Positions 18,332 through 28,654 of a stretch of 64,000 nt of DNA are shown piece by piece (the first letter of the stretch is position 1; every line of letters begins with the position of its first letter). The translations under genes and the position numbers were made by a program. Origin of the DNA: a virus (Duplodnaviria > Caudoviricetes). The notes under the pieces were generated by a model. That model was not told the origin of the DNA and searched no databases. It was given only the letters and a program-made list of their open reading frames with translations. Location: positions 1 to 64,000 of IMG/VR virus record IMGVR_UViG_3300042271_000539; one strand, 5' to 3'.

Positions 18332-18931
18332 ATGTCACTAAGTGATTTTGACAGAGCTTTTACAAGTAAAGTCAAGGCATGGTTCTCAAATACCATATAT
18401 GCGCCAACAGATACACTTTACAACGTAGCCTTCCATCTTGCCGACGGTGATTCTCTAAAAGAAGCTTTAAGTTTCCCTTTAATAGGTATTTATAGGCCCT
18501 CTGGGTTTAACTTAAATGAAACTCAAACATTCGCAGCTCGGAGAACTGGTGTAGAGTACTACTATGACGATATTAATAATAAAGGTGGCTTTGCTAGATT
18601 TCTTTCAGTTAATCTCCCTTATCAATTAGATATATACGCTAAAACTCCTGAGTCCTTGAATTCAATCACTGAACAAGTCATGTTCGCCTTGAACTTGGAC
18701 CAAAAATTATCGGTAACTCAGACAGACAGTGAGAATGAAAAAGATTACGTAGAGTCTTATGATATAACTTATGCAAGTGGGCCTGTGGAACAAAGCGAGT
18801 TTTCTGATGACGATAGAGTTTTTCATTACTCAATAGCTTATGATATTAAGAACGCTAGAATACTGAACTTCAAAGATATCTTAGATGTTACATCAGTTAT
18901 CAATGATATAGACATTGAGGAGGAAACTTAG
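18332..18931 (+). CDS. Tail completion / terminator protein (gp15-like)
   Basis: FPLIGIYR...VNLPYQLDIYAKT...ITY pattern; position upstream of sheath. Confidence 0.5.
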   Translation: MSLSDFDRAFTSKVKAWFSNTIYAPTDTLYNVAFHLADGDSLKEALSFPLIGIYRPSGFNLNETQTFAARRTGVEYYYDDINNKGGFARFLSVNLPYQLDIYAKTPESLNSITEQVMFALNLDQKLSVTQTDSENEKDYVESYDITYASGPVEQSEFSDDDRVFHYSIAYDIKNARILNFKDILDVTSVINDIDIEEET

Positions 18932-18977
18932 TGCTTAGATATAAGAAAAATTTACACAGCCTAGGAGGAGAGATTAC

Positions 18978-19391
18978 GTGAGAATAACAACCTTTGATTT
19001 AAAAAAATATAATGAAAGTTTACAGAGACTGAGACAGAGAAAAGCACCCAACTATGTTATCGAAGCATATAAAGAGGGGCATATATCGGTTGTAAATGAG
19101 TATTATAGAATAAAACTTGAAAATAGAGTGAAGGGTATACGTCCTAATCAGACTGAGGGCCTAGTAGCTTTAGAAGAGTCTTTAAAATTTTCAGAAGAGT
19201 TTCTAGAGGATAACCATTTCCTAAAAGAAGCTACTTCAGTTAAAGACTTAGATTTCATTAAAGCTTTCTTCAAGATGGCGAACTTAGACCTAGTGTCGGG
19301 AGATAGACTTCCACCGAATGCTAGCAAACTAATAAGACAAAAGATTTCAAAAGACTTTGGTCTTAAAGATCTTTTTAAAAAATTACGATAA
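18978..19391 (+). CDS. Hypothetical protein (GTG start), possibly virion-associated
   Basis: RBS AGGAGG; several xNE-S/xEE-S/xKE-A motifs. Confidence 0.5.
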   Translation: MRITTFDLKKYNESLQRLRQRKAPNYVIEAYKEGHISVVNEYYRIKLENRVKGIRPNQTEGLVALEESLKFSEEFLEDNHFLKEATSVKDLDFIKAFFKMANLDLVSGDRLPPNASKLIRQKISKDFGLKDLFKKLR

Positions 19392-19407
19392 AGAGAGGTA
19401 ATTATGG

Positions 19408-20658
19408 ATGTCAATTAAAATAAACATGTCAGTTCAGAGGTCAGTACCTACATATAATGATGATGGTCTAACCTTAGTTATATTTAAGAATGCTGTACTA
19501 AATGAGGGAAGAGAAGCTCTTGTAAGGGTAGATTCCTGGCAAGAATTATATGACGCTTTTAGTGATACATATGACGGTAGCACAGCAACCGAACTTAAAG
19601 CTTTTAGAGAGCTTTACTCAGCGGAGTATCTAGTAACGAGGGGGGTAAGTCTTCTTTGTTATACTACAGCCGTAGCTGATACCTTTAGTGCAACAGACGT
19701 AGCCAATATTTCAGATCAAGAAGAGTTGAATTACAAGTTTATCGTAATGCCTTATGATTTTATATCATTCAGTGTAGACACTACTACTTACAATTCGGCA
19801 TTAATGAATATGGTTAGCACTCTTGAAAATCAAATTGATGCGCAGCTTCTCCTAGACTTAGCTCCTGATACTGACTCTGACAACATTGCTTCTATTATAG
19901 AAGATATGGACGCTTCATTATCATCTAAGATTGAGATTTTTATAAACTCTGGATTTTTGGGGCTTTCTAGTAAATTTGGTTTGCCTAGTACTGAGGGATT
20001 TTCAACATCAGAATCGACTCTCGCCAATGGCGAAGCCTATGATCCTGCAACGGACTTCGTAGGTATACCAGCTTCCTTGGCAGTCTTAGCCAGAAAAGCG
20101 CTTATACTAAAAGAAGGTAGACCTTGGACCCCAGTAGCTGGGGAAATAAATGGTATTATTCCAGAGTTTAGCACTTTACAGAGAAGACTATTCACTGCAG
20201 AGAAAGAAGCATTCCAGGCTGCAAACATTAATGTCCTTATTAATAGGAGAGGTGTTGGGAACCTAATGGTATCTCAAAACACTATGGCAGACACTACGGT
20301 TTCTACTAATCCGCTAATTAGAAGCCATGTAGTAACTGAAGCTCTTTGGCTTAAGCGTTGGATAGATAGATTCGCAAATTCTGTTATGAATCTACCAAAC
20401 AATCAAAAGACATGGAATTTAACAAAACTTAAATTAGACAGAATACTAAGCAACGCTAAAAACAGTGACGGTATTGAGTGGTACTCTATCCTAGTCGGAA
20501 AAGATATCACGATGACAGAAGAAGACATTGTGAACGGTATCATGAAAGTCACTGTTCGCTATGTACCAATCAGACTAATTGAAGAAATTGAATTCAATGT
20601 AATCATACAAGAATCAGATAATACTGCAGAGGTTTCTGTAGTTGGGGGTGACTTATAA
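19408..20658 (+). CDS. Contractile tail sheath protein
   Basis: PWTPVAGEING, ANINVLI, V..SQNT, EPNNQKTW-like and V..VPIRLIEEI C-terminal sheath motifs; precedes tube gene. Confidence 0.8.
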   Translation: MSIKINMSVQRSVPTYNDDGLTLVIFKNAVLNEGREALVRVDSWQELYDAFSDTYDGSTATELKAFRELYSAEYLVTRGVSLLCYTTAVADTFSATDVANISDQEELNYKFIVMPYDFISFSVDTTTYNSALMNMVSTLENQIDAQLLLDLAPDTDSDNIASIIEDMDASLSSKIEIFINSGFLGLSSKFGLPSTEGFSTSESTLANGEAYDPATDFVGIPASLAVLARKALILKEGRPWTPVAGEINGIIPEFSTLQRRLFTAEKEAFQAANINVLINRRGVGNLMVSQNTMADTTVSTNPLIRSHVVTEALWLKRWIDRFANSVMNLPNNQKTWNLTKLKLDRILSNAKNSDGIEWYSILVGKDITMTEEDIVNGIMKVTVRYVPIRLIEEIEFNVIIQESDNTAEVSVVGGDL

Positions 20659-21254
20659 TGCCTACAATGCCAATTAACACTAGAAAACTAGACACTCAAA
20701 AACTATTGGGTGATGTAAGACGTAACAACAATTTCATTGTTACTATTAACGGTGTGTCCGACGACAATGACTTAGAATTAGTAATTCAAAAAGCATTCTT
20801 ACCTTCAGTAAGTCTAAATGTGTTAGACTTAAGACATGGTAATGACTCTAAGAAATTCGCTGGTGTTGCTACTTGGAACGGTGGACAGATGAGTATTATA
20901 GATACTCTTAGCAAAGATGAACTAAATGCAGTACTTGCTTGGTTTAAATCAACTTATGATTGGACTAACGCTGCTGTTGGTGTTGCTAAAGACTATAAGA
21001 AAACAGGCTTCATCACAGAGTACGCTGCAGATGGTAAGTTTACTAGACAGTGGAAAGTAGAGGGTATGTGGATTTCTAATATTGACCTGGGGGCTTTAGA
21101 CGCTTCTTCAGGAGAACTAAAAGAAGTTGCACTTACTATCGAAATTGATCCTTCTAGAAACTTTGCTCCAGAGTATGGTCCAGAGTATCCTGAAGATACT
21201 GTCGACTTAAACGATGAGACAACAGGAACAGAAGTAAGCGAATTCTTCGATTAA
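20658..21254 (+). CDS. Tail tube protein (gp19-like)
   Basis: RNNNFIV, AFLPSV, KFAGVATW, DYKKTG, W.VEGMWISNIDLG pattern; ATG overlaps sheath stop. Confidence 0.8.
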   Translation: MPTMPINTRKLDTQKLLGDVRRNNNFIVTINGVSDDNDLELVIQKAFLPSVSLNVLDLRHGNDSKKFAGVATWNGGQMSIIDTLSKDELNAVLAWFKSTYDWTNAAVGVAKDYKKTGFITEYAADGKFTRQWKVEGMWISNIDLGALDASSGELKEVALTIEIDPSRNFAPEYGPEYPEDTVDLNDETTGTEVSEFFD

Positions 21255-21310
21255 TAAGTTAAAATAAAAGTTATATAGTAGAAGTTAACAAAATAATAAA
21301 ACTCGTAGCT

Positions 21311-21346
21311 CGGGGACTTGTTAATTTCAGGTTCCCGTTTCTATTT
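21311..21346 (+). terminator. Intrinsic terminator after tail tube gene
   Basis: CGGGGAC/GTTCCCG stem followed by TTTCTATTT. Confidence 0.6.
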
Positions 21347-21358
21347 GAAATTAAACAT

Positions 21359-21420
21359 AAAATAAAATGTTCCATAAAAATGGCACAAAATAAAATGTTC
21401 CATAAAAATGGCACAAAATA
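21359..21420 (+). repeat. Tandem 28-bp direct repeat (AAAATAAAATGTTCCATAAAAATGGCAC x2 plus partial) in AT-rich intergenic gap
   Basis: Units 21359-21386 and 21387-21414 identical. Confidence 0.9.
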
Positions 21421-21496
21421 ATTTAGTATAATTTCATTTTCGTGTAAAATAAGTAAAAAATAAATATAATAAACGTGAAAGTTAAGGAGAAAGTAA

Positions 21497-22180
21497 ATGA
21501 ATAACATAGATAAAGTTGTATTACCCTCTAATGGACTATTAGAGGACGTTCCTAGAGAAGTAACTATCAGGGATATGAAAGGGAGAGAACTGTCTACTCT
21601 CTTCAGCTCACTAACAGATGCTTCCGTAGATTCTGTAATTGCCAGTGTAGTCTCACCAAAGATTAATCCAGAAGCCCTAACGGATGAAGACAAACACTTC
21701 ATTCTGCACAAGACTAGGGAACTAACCTTTGGAGACACTGTAGAGCAATCTTTAAGATGTCCTATATGTGGAAGTATAGATAACTACCAAGTAAACTATT
21801 CGGATCTTGATTTTATTCTTTTAGATGAAGATAAATATAAAGAAGAGGTAAAGCTTTCTGATGGCACTACTATTACTAGGAAGATTCCAACTAAGGCTTC
21901 TTGGGAAAAGATACATAGGTATAAGGAAAAGAGAAATCTACCCGACGATTACTCATTCATATTACTACAAGCGGCTAAGATAGAGACAATAGATGGAAAA
22001 ACAAAAAGCCTCGGTGAGATTATTACTTATTTAGAGAATCTCCCCGCAAAAGAGCTAAGACAATTATATGATAACTTAAATATAAAGTTTGGGTTAGACA
22101 CCACTTTTAAAGTAAAGTGTACTTCATGTAAGTCAGAGTTTACTGGAGGTATAGGCATTAACGCCGATCTTTTTCGTTAG
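21497..22180 (+). CDS. Baseplate hub / tail assembly chaperone (T4 gp26-like)
   Basis: LPSNGL, V.IR.MKG.E, CPIC and CTSC zinc motifs; between tube and tape measure. Confidence 0.65.
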   Translation: MNNIDKVVLPSNGLLEDVPREVTIRDMKGRELSTLFSSLTDASVDSVIASVVSPKINPEALTDEDKHFILHKTRELTFGDTVEQSLRCPICGSIDNYQVNYSDLDFILLDEDKYKEEVKLSDGTTITRKIPTKASWEKIHRYKEKRNLPDDYSFILLQAAKIETIDGKTKSLGEIITYLENLPAKELRQLYDNLNIKFGLDTTFKVKCTSCKSEFTGGIGINADLFR

Positions 22181-22244
22181 TGTAATATACCTATATAGTG
22201 TAGGGTTTGACAAGTTAGATGAGTTATCTAAAGAAGACCAAGAT

Positions 22245-22433
22245 ATGTTCTTTAGAAATAGGGAAACAGAAATTCAAAACATAATGGAACTACAATTCGT
22301 GCTTGCCTATCTAGGTAATGTAAGCAAGAAAGATTCTGATGAGATGACACCATACGAACTAAAAAGTTGGTATAGTCTCCTTAAGAAAAGAAAAGCCTTA
22401 GAGGACGAGAAAGCTAACGAGTTGAGGAAATAG
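22245..22433 (+). CDS. Small tail-assembly ORF, possibly expressed as frameshift extension of 21497-22180
   Basis: Frame open from 22155; no clear RBS before ATG 22245; directly upstream of TMP. Confidence 0.55.
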   Translation: MFFRNRETEIQNIMELQFVLAYLGNVSKKDSDEMTPYELKSWYSLLKKRKALEDEKANELRK

Positions 22434-22445
22434 AGGTGACCTAAC

Positions 22446-24500
22446 TTGGCAACAAACGGACCAAAGACAATTAAAGACTTAGACATAAGAGAACTACAGA
22501 TGTACTTAAACTATAAGCCTGAAGAGTATAAGGGTAAGGACCGATCATTAGCAGCTTACTTGACAAAAGAGAATGCTGATACTCTAGCGAAGATGCTAGA
22601 ATATGTTAAAGAAACTGTAAAAGAAGAAAACAAGAGACTAAAAATATATAAATCTCTAGATAAATATCTAAAGTCTTATGCTAAGATAGATAGAGAAAAA
22701 GAAAAGATCCTTAAGAATGAGATAGATTTATTAGACAAATCTACTAAGGAGATGAAAAAACAAGTCACAACTCAGGACCTGTTAAATGACCTTAGAAGAG
22801 AGGGTAACTATCTACTTAAGGACACTATAAAAAATAACGCAGAAATATTCCGTATAGCTCATGATATGCAACTTGAGTCCAATGTTACATGGAAGAACTA
22901 CCGAAAACTTTATAGCGAAGCTTACGAGGCTACTAGAAAGGCTAATAAAGAAGTAGAGCAGTCTATTCACAATGTTAAAGACCTGGTAGAGACTCAGAAC
23001 AGACTATTGGGTACTGGTTGGAGAAATATAGACACTCAGACTCTAACAAATGTTTCTTCTGCAGTAATGATGTTACAAAAGACTTTAGGTAAACTTGATA
23101 CAAGTCTAGTGAACGCTCTTCAACAAAGCTACAGGGTATTAGGGGATCAGACAAATACATTTATTCTAAACCTTGGTAATCGACTAAACGAATTTTCGAA
23201 TACTTTTGGGGTAACTGTAGATATGTTATCCGTTGCAGTAACTGATATGATAGAGTCTAATAACTTTATTCACCGAAGTAATTTAACTGCTTTAACTGCA
23301 GCTAACGAGAGTTTAATTAAAGCTTCTACGTTAGTCGGGGCTACAGGTTTAATGTCAACATCTTTCATAACTAAATTAGCTGAAGTTGCACAATTTGGTA
23401 CTATGGAAGAGATGGCTTCTATATACCAGGGTGGTGCTTTACTACAAGGCTTTGATACACAAAGATTCCAACAACAGATGATTGAGTCTGACTATGAGGG
23501 GGCTACTGAGCAACTCCTTAGGAGCATTTATGGAACTCTTAATAATATAGATGATCATTACTTACGAGCAGAATACATGCAACAGATAGGTTCAGCTTTT
23601 GGACTATCTAGAGATGAGTTAAAGGTAATAGCAACAAGTGGTGTAAATCTAGACGAGTACTCTAAACAAATGCAAGAAAAACTCTTTGGTGTTAACACAT
23701 CAATGAAAGATGAACTAACAGATCTTAGAGTTAATCTGGTAGATAGAGTACAAAATGCTATTCAGAACTCCTGGGCCTCAGAGCAACTCGGTTCCGCTTT
23801 ACAAGAGTTAGGACTGTATGGTCTTGAGGGGTATATGGTTAAGGTACTTAATTGGCTTAGAGTAATAGGTACTCAATCTCTAGCTAAAAATGTGGCAGGT
23901 GTTCTCGGTAAATCTGGGGGTACTGCAAGTATACTATCCGAAGGTATGTTAGGCAAAGGACAGATCCCTGTAATAGGAGACGGTGCTGATTCAACAATCA
24001 AGGTTAACACTGGGAGAAGTGCTGTTTTGGCAGGTGTGGGTAGAGTGGCCTTAGGTGCTGGTGGTCTAGCTGTTGGTATTGGCGCCAATCAGTGGGGGTC
24101 ATCTATGATACGTGACCCTGAGAGAAACGCTAATTGGGGTGGAGCTATCAATACTATAGGGGGTTCTATTGGTGGTGCTATGCTTGGTGGTGCTGTAACT
24201 GGTGGCCCTGTTGGAGCTTTACTAGGTGGTCTAGCTGGCTTGGGTTACGGTATTTATAATACTAGTCAAGCGAACAAAGAAAGAGAAAGTGCTCTTCAGG
24301 AACTAGAAGACCAAGAGAGAGCAGCTAGAAGAGCTAATGCAGCTTCTACCTTTGTAGACTATGGTGACCCTGTAGTAAACGCTATTAATGCACAAACCCA
24401 AGCACTAGTTAAAATTATTTCGGGTAATCATGAAGAGAATAAAACTTTCATTTTACTGGGGGAGACTTATAAGAAAACTACTACATTATCGGAGGTGTAA
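22446..24500 (+). CDS. Tape measure protein
   Basis: 684 aa, helical/coiled-coil N-terminus, Gly/Ala-rich hydrophobic C-terminal segment; canonical position; TTG start with GAGGTG RBS. Confidence 0.7.
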   Translation: MATNGPKTIKDLDIRELQMYLNYKPEEYKGKDRSLAAYLTKENADTLAKMLEYVKETVKEENKRLKIYKSLDKYLKSYAKIDREKEKILKNEIDLLDKSTKEMKKQVTTQDLLNDLRREGNYLLKDTIKNNAEIFRIAHDMQLESNVTWKNYRKLYSEAYEATRKANKEVEQSIHNVKDLVETQNRLLGTGWRNIDTQTLTNVSSAVMMLQKTLGKLDTSLVNALQQSYRVLGDQTNTFILNLGNRLNEFSNTFGVTVDMLSVAVTDMIESNNFIHRSNLTALTAANESLIKASTLVGATGLMSTSFITKLAEVAQFGTMEEMASIYQGGALLQGFDTQRFQQQMIESDYEGATEQLLRSIYGTLNNIDDHYLRAEYMQQIGSAFGLSRDELKVIATSGVNLDEYSKQMQEKLFGVNTSMKDELTDLRVNLVDRVQNAIQNSWASEQLGSALQELGLYGLEGYMVKVLNWLRVIGTQSLAKNVAGVLGKSGGTASILSEGMLGKGQIPVIGDGADSTIKVNTGRSAVLAGVGRVALGAGGLAVGIGANQWGSSMIRDPERNANWGGAINTIGGSIGGAMLGGAVTGGPVGALLGGLAGLGYGIYNTSQANKERESALQELEDQERAARRANAASTFVDYGDPVVNAINAQTQALVKIISGNHEENKTFILLGETYKKTTTLSEV

Positions 24501-24503
24501 TGC

Positions 24504-25820
24504 ATGATTGATTACTTAACAGAGAATAAACCTTGGTCCTCATATCAGACTTATATGAAAGGACCTACACAATTAAATATACATACTCCGAGTACAGAGA
24601 CATCTCTTTATTTATATAATGTTAACACAGAAGAAGAGATAAACTTCAAACTAATCCCAGACCAGTTAGTAGAGAGCTATTCTCCAAATATTATATCTGA
24701 GTCACCTTTCGGTATTTTACACCCAATAAATTTTTACACTGGTGGCTCAGATAAAAAGCTATCTTTTAGCTTTGACATACATGAAGATATGATAATAGCT
24801 ATGGATATTGCTAAAGATTTATATAGTGCCATGGATAAACTTAAGAGAATGAGTGAGCCTTATGTAATCTCTGGTGTCTACAGAGAGCCTCTAGTATACC
24901 TTCAGATGGGCACGCAGTTTGCGGGTAAGGGGCATATAGTAACTTCTATAAGTTATAATAAACCGTTCAGCAATAAGGCTTATAAGTTAGCTAGTATTTC
25001 TGTAACTTTTACATTCCATGAACTGTTTGCTACACAAAACATCAACAGAATGTTTTTAGAGCCTACTTTAACAGAAGATATTTCTTTTTCTTTAGATCTT
25101 ACTGGCACTGAGTTTGCTGATATGGGAGAAACTTCTTCTGAAGCCATTACTAATTTTTACCAAACCAATCTAGATCCTAGTTATATTGTAAACAGTATTT
25201 TATTTTCTGATAAGATGTTGGAGAATTTTTGGAGTCCTTTAGTAGAAGATGACCCAACAGCGAGTGTTGGATATCTAAAAGATTTTAGTATTGAAGAGAT
25301 AAAAAAGCTTTTAATTTCAACTACTGTCGACGATGATGGCAACACCTTTTTCGGCTATAATGATATACTGAATAACACCTTTTTCCAAACTACAGCACAA
25401 GCGTGGTTTAGAATGCTTTTTACGACTTATGCTAAATTTATTAGAATTCTTTTAACTAGAAAACTTTATAGTTACGAAGATCTGATAAGTAACCTAGATA
25501 GTGTGCTTGATGCTTTGGATGCAATAGAGAAAGATTATATGAACTCTTTTTATAATATACCTGGTGATCCTGTGCTTTATTTAAGAGATGTAATTCGTAT
25601 AGCTTATACTAAAGCAGAAATACTTGAGATGTTAAATACTGGTGCTACTTCAGATATTCTTTCGGGTTGGTATAGACCAGGAACAAGTGATGACTTTTAC
25701 ATACAGTTAAGTGAAGAACAGGAGAATGTGCTTATTGATTACGGTGTTAATGTGTTAAGAAGCATTGTCACCTCTCAGATAAGCGCATACACACTATTAA
25801 GAAATAAGGCGGGGGACTAA
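24504..25820 (+). CDS. Baseplate/tail-tube initiator protein (paralog of 25822-26967)
   Basis: IPDQLVESYSPN...YTGGSDKKLSFSF.IHEDM shared with next ORF. Confidence 0.5.
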   Translation: MIDYLTENKPWSSYQTYMKGPTQLNIHTPSTETSLYLYNVNTEEEINFKLIPDQLVESYSPNIISESPFGILHPINFYTGGSDKKLSFSFDIHEDMIIAMDIAKDLYSAMDKLKRMSEPYVISGVYREPLVYLQMGTQFAGKGHIVTSISYNKPFSNKAYKLASISVTFTFHELFATQNINRMFLEPTLTEDISFSLDLTGTEFADMGETSSEAITNFYQTNLDPSYIVNSILFSDKMLENFWSPLVEDDPTASVGYLKDFSIEEIKKLLISTTVDDDGNTFFGYNDILNNTFFQTTAQAWFRMLFTTYAKFIRILLTRKLYSYEDLISNLDSVLDALDAIEKDYMNSFYNIPGDPVLYLRDVIRIAYTKAEILEMLNTGATSDILSGWYRPGTSDDFYIQLSEEQENVLIDYGVNVLRSIVTSQISAYTLLRNKAGD

Positions 25821-25821
25821 A

Positions 25822-26967
25822 GTGGCAGATATATTAAAAGGCTTTGCAGGGCCTACTAATCAAGTAGAAACTATAAGCACATCTGGTGATAAAGACTCTC
25901 AAAATGCTACTACTATTTATTTCCTATATGAAATTAAAAATAAGATGTTGGAAATAAAAATAGATGACATAATACCAGATACTTTATCATACTCATATTC
26001 CCCAAACTACTCAGGACAGAACACTTTGGGGAGAATGTCTCCAATCCAGATATACTCTGGAGGTTCTGCAAGAGTATATAGCTTTTCTTTACTTGTACAT
26101 GAGGACATGATAGAGACTAGTACAAACTTTGGCAATATTACAGACTTTGTAGATGCTATAAAAACATTATCCTATCCATTTGTAAATTCTTTGGGGGAGA
26201 CGGTAAAACCTAGTGTTGAATTTTATATAGGCAAAATTTCTGGTAAGGGTATAGTAACAACAGACATTTCATGGAAAAAACCTTTCAGAAACGGTAGATA
26301 TATTGTTGCTGAGATATCCTTTAGTATTACTGTGGAGAAAATAAATCCAGTACCCAACCTAAGAACAGAAACAACAAAAGAATATGTAGAAGGCAACTTA
26401 GTGTATAATGATAAGATTATAGTATCTGAGGACGTTACAGACTTATTAAATAATAATGTTTTTGAGGAGTTAGATTACTACGAGTATTATGAGTATGACT
26501 ATTATAAAGTTCTTGGCAACCTAGATATAGAGAACATCACTCTGAGTAACTTATTGACTGTAAGGAATACTACTAATGCAGAAAGAATCAACAATGCTAT
26601 ATTTTTAAGAGATTATTTTGACATGTCACGAGACATTTTTAGTAGTATACTAGGGGTAGCTGAGACTAGCACAGAAGAATCGCTTAATTTACGCAGTAGC
26701 ATTGGTAGACTTGATGCCATCTATTATGATTTAAACAATTATATAGACTCCTATTCTAAAGACCCTTTAGAGTCTTTCAGTTCTGTAAAAGAGTCTTTAG
26801 ACTTATTAGAAGATAGGTTTATAGACTATCTTGACTATTACTATGAAAACGTAGATAAGGACATGACTCGAGATGAGTACAATAAAGTAAAAGATGAGGT
26901 TATAATAATAATAGACAACATGAGAGACATGTATGAGGCGGTGAGAAAATATGCCGAAGTCAGTTAA
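25822..26967 (+). CDS. Baseplate/tail-tube initiator protein (paralog of 24504-25820)
   Basis: IPDTLSYSYSPN...LGRMSPIQIYSGGSARVYSFSL.VHEDM. Confidence 0.5.
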   Translation: MADILKGFAGPTNQVETISTSGDKDSQNATTIYFLYEIKNKMLEIKIDDIIPDTLSYSYSPNYSGQNTLGRMSPIQIYSGGSARVYSFSLLVHEDMIETSTNFGNITDFVDAIKTLSYPFVNSLGETVKPSVEFYIGKISGKGIVTTDISWKKPFRNGRYIVAEISFSITVEKINPVPNLRTETTKEYVEGNLVYNDKIIVSEDVTDLLNNNVFEELDYYEYYEYDYYKVLGNLDIENITLSNLLTVRNTTNAERINNAIFLRDYFDMSRDIFSSILGVAETSTEESLNLRSSIGRLDAIYYDLNNYIDSYSKDPLESFSSVKESLDLLEDRFIDYLDYYYENVDKDMTRDEYNKVKDEVIIIIDNMRDMYEAVRKYAEVS

Positions 26968-28642
26968 CGTTTTAATGGAGGTAAACACTAAAGAGGGTGG
27001 TGGTGAGAGACGCTCTTTCAATATAAATAACGATGGCTTAGTGAACATGAGTTTTGACCGCTACTTAGGTAGCACTAAGGATAGCAAGTCTCAAGTTCTT
27101 AGCAAAGTCGACCTAGCTCTCTTTGATAAATCAGGTGGTGATATACTTTCCATTATACAACAGAATAAAGGGAAACTCAGATTTAGATATGGCTTTGACG
27201 GTGATATGTCAGAGATATTTGAACTGTCAATTACACAGTTAAACTCCACGTATAATAACTTAGGGTGTATGGTAGCTATTGGGGCTGTGGGTACTCAAGT
27301 AGGTAAAAAATTTGATGCCAATATCTTTATAGCAGGTACTTTGATTGAGGACATCTTAATTGCCATGGCTAAGAGAAATAACTGGGGCATTGGCGAAGAA
27401 TACATAGAAGATAACAAAGTACGTTATAGAAATATTGATTGTCAAGTAAAGATCCCCGTAGAACTTTTAAAAGAGAGTGATGAGACAGACATATCATTTA
27501 TAGAGAATAAGCTTCTACCCATTGCCAATCTTTCCGTATCAACGCCCGATGCTTCTTATAACAAAGAGCTTTGGGACTTTAGACTTTATGATATGGGTGG
27601 CAAAGCCGTACTAAAGTTCAAACCTTACGCAGACAGTAGTGGGTTTAGATCAGATACTATCAGGGTCTGGGAATATTCTTATGGGGATTCTATTTCAAGT
27701 AAAGTTATTGATTTTAAAAATACTTTAAACTATAACTTTCTGATTAATGGTCTTTCTATAAAGATACCAGCTTTACTTCTCGAAACTATCGGAGAAAACA
27801 AAATTACAGAAGAGTACTTAGGCGAGTTGATTTATAATGATAAGTGGACACTCATAGAACAGACTTTAGAATCATACAGACTTCCTGTCCCAAGTAAAGA
27901 CACCTTTGCTCTTAATGTTGAGATAGTACCATTAGAGGAACTAAACAATCCAGACAATCTAAAGTCGATTGAAGACAGAATTGTCGATGCTATAAAAAAC
28001 GCTATTATGTCAATGAATACAATAAATCTTAAGGTGATAGGCAACCCTAAAATATTACCAACGGACCTAATAGATTTAAAGATATACAATAGACCTAGTG
28101 GGGGAAATAGGACGAATCCTAACATCCTATCAGGAGTTTGGAAAGTTATCAAAATTAAAGACGAGGTTGGTTTAAACGGGTTCACTACTACTTTAGACTT
28201 AGTTAGATACATACCGAAGCTTATAGAAGTAAAGCCTGAGTTATCTCTAAATCAAAATGATACAGGTATTCTGGCGTCCACTTTTAAGAACAGCTACATA
28301 ACAAGTGCTACTGCTAGAACTTTAAGGGTTAGCATTCCAAACCTATCTGATGGTTGGTATACCTTATCCTTTAATAAGTCTATACTAGATGTCACTTCTG
28401 GCGCTTTAATAGATGATTTATCAGATCCAACAGTTGGGGCTTACTACACAAATAAAAATGGCACTTACTATATACCAGATCAAACAGAGACATCATATGG
28501 AATTAAAAACTATAATGAAGAGACTTCTACTATGGATATCTACATAAAAGGTGGTACCTTTACAATAGAAGCTTTATTTAAAGATATTTTTGATGTGGCT
28601 TACTTAAACAGTACACATTTAGGACTTACCTTTGTTTCATAA
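26951..28642 (+). CDS. Baseplate hub protein (gp27/late-control-D-like)
   Basis: LRFRYG, ESDETDISFI, L.VIGNP.I.P, LSGVWKVIKI.D.V...GFTTTL.L pattern. Confidence 0.6.
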   Translation: MPKSVNVLMEVNTKEGGGERRSFNINNDGLVNMSFDRYLGSTKDSKSQVLSKVDLALFDKSGGDILSIIQQNKGKLRFRYGFDGDMSEIFELSITQLNSTYNNLGCMVAIGAVGTQVGKKFDANIFIAGTLIEDILIAMAKRNNWGIGEEYIEDNKVRYRNIDCQVKIPVELLKESDETDISFIENKLLPIANLSVSTPDASYNKELWDFRLYDMGGKAVLKFKPYADSSGFRSDTIRVWEYSYGDSISSKVIDFKNTLNYNFLINGLSIKIPALLLETIGENKITEEYLGELIYNDKWTLIEQTLESYRLPVPSKDTFALNVEIVPLEELNNPDNLKSIEDRIVDAIKNAIMSMNTINLKVIGNPKILPTDLIDLKIYNRPSGGNRTNPNILSGVWKVIKIKDEVGLNGFTTTLDLVRYIPKLIEVKPELSLNQNDTGILASTFKNSYITSATARTLRVSIPNLSDGWYTLSFNKSILDVTSGALIDDLSDPTVGAYYTNKNGTYYIPDQTETSYGIKNYNEETSTMDIYIKGGTFTIEALFKDIFDVAYLNSTHLGLTFVS

Positions 28643-28654
28643 AGGAGAATTACT

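Noticed and set aside
21271-21738. 155-aa minus-strand ORF across the AT-rich gap
   Set aside because: Overlaps a confident + strand gene and runs through the tandem repeat and A-tracts; composition is not gene-like.
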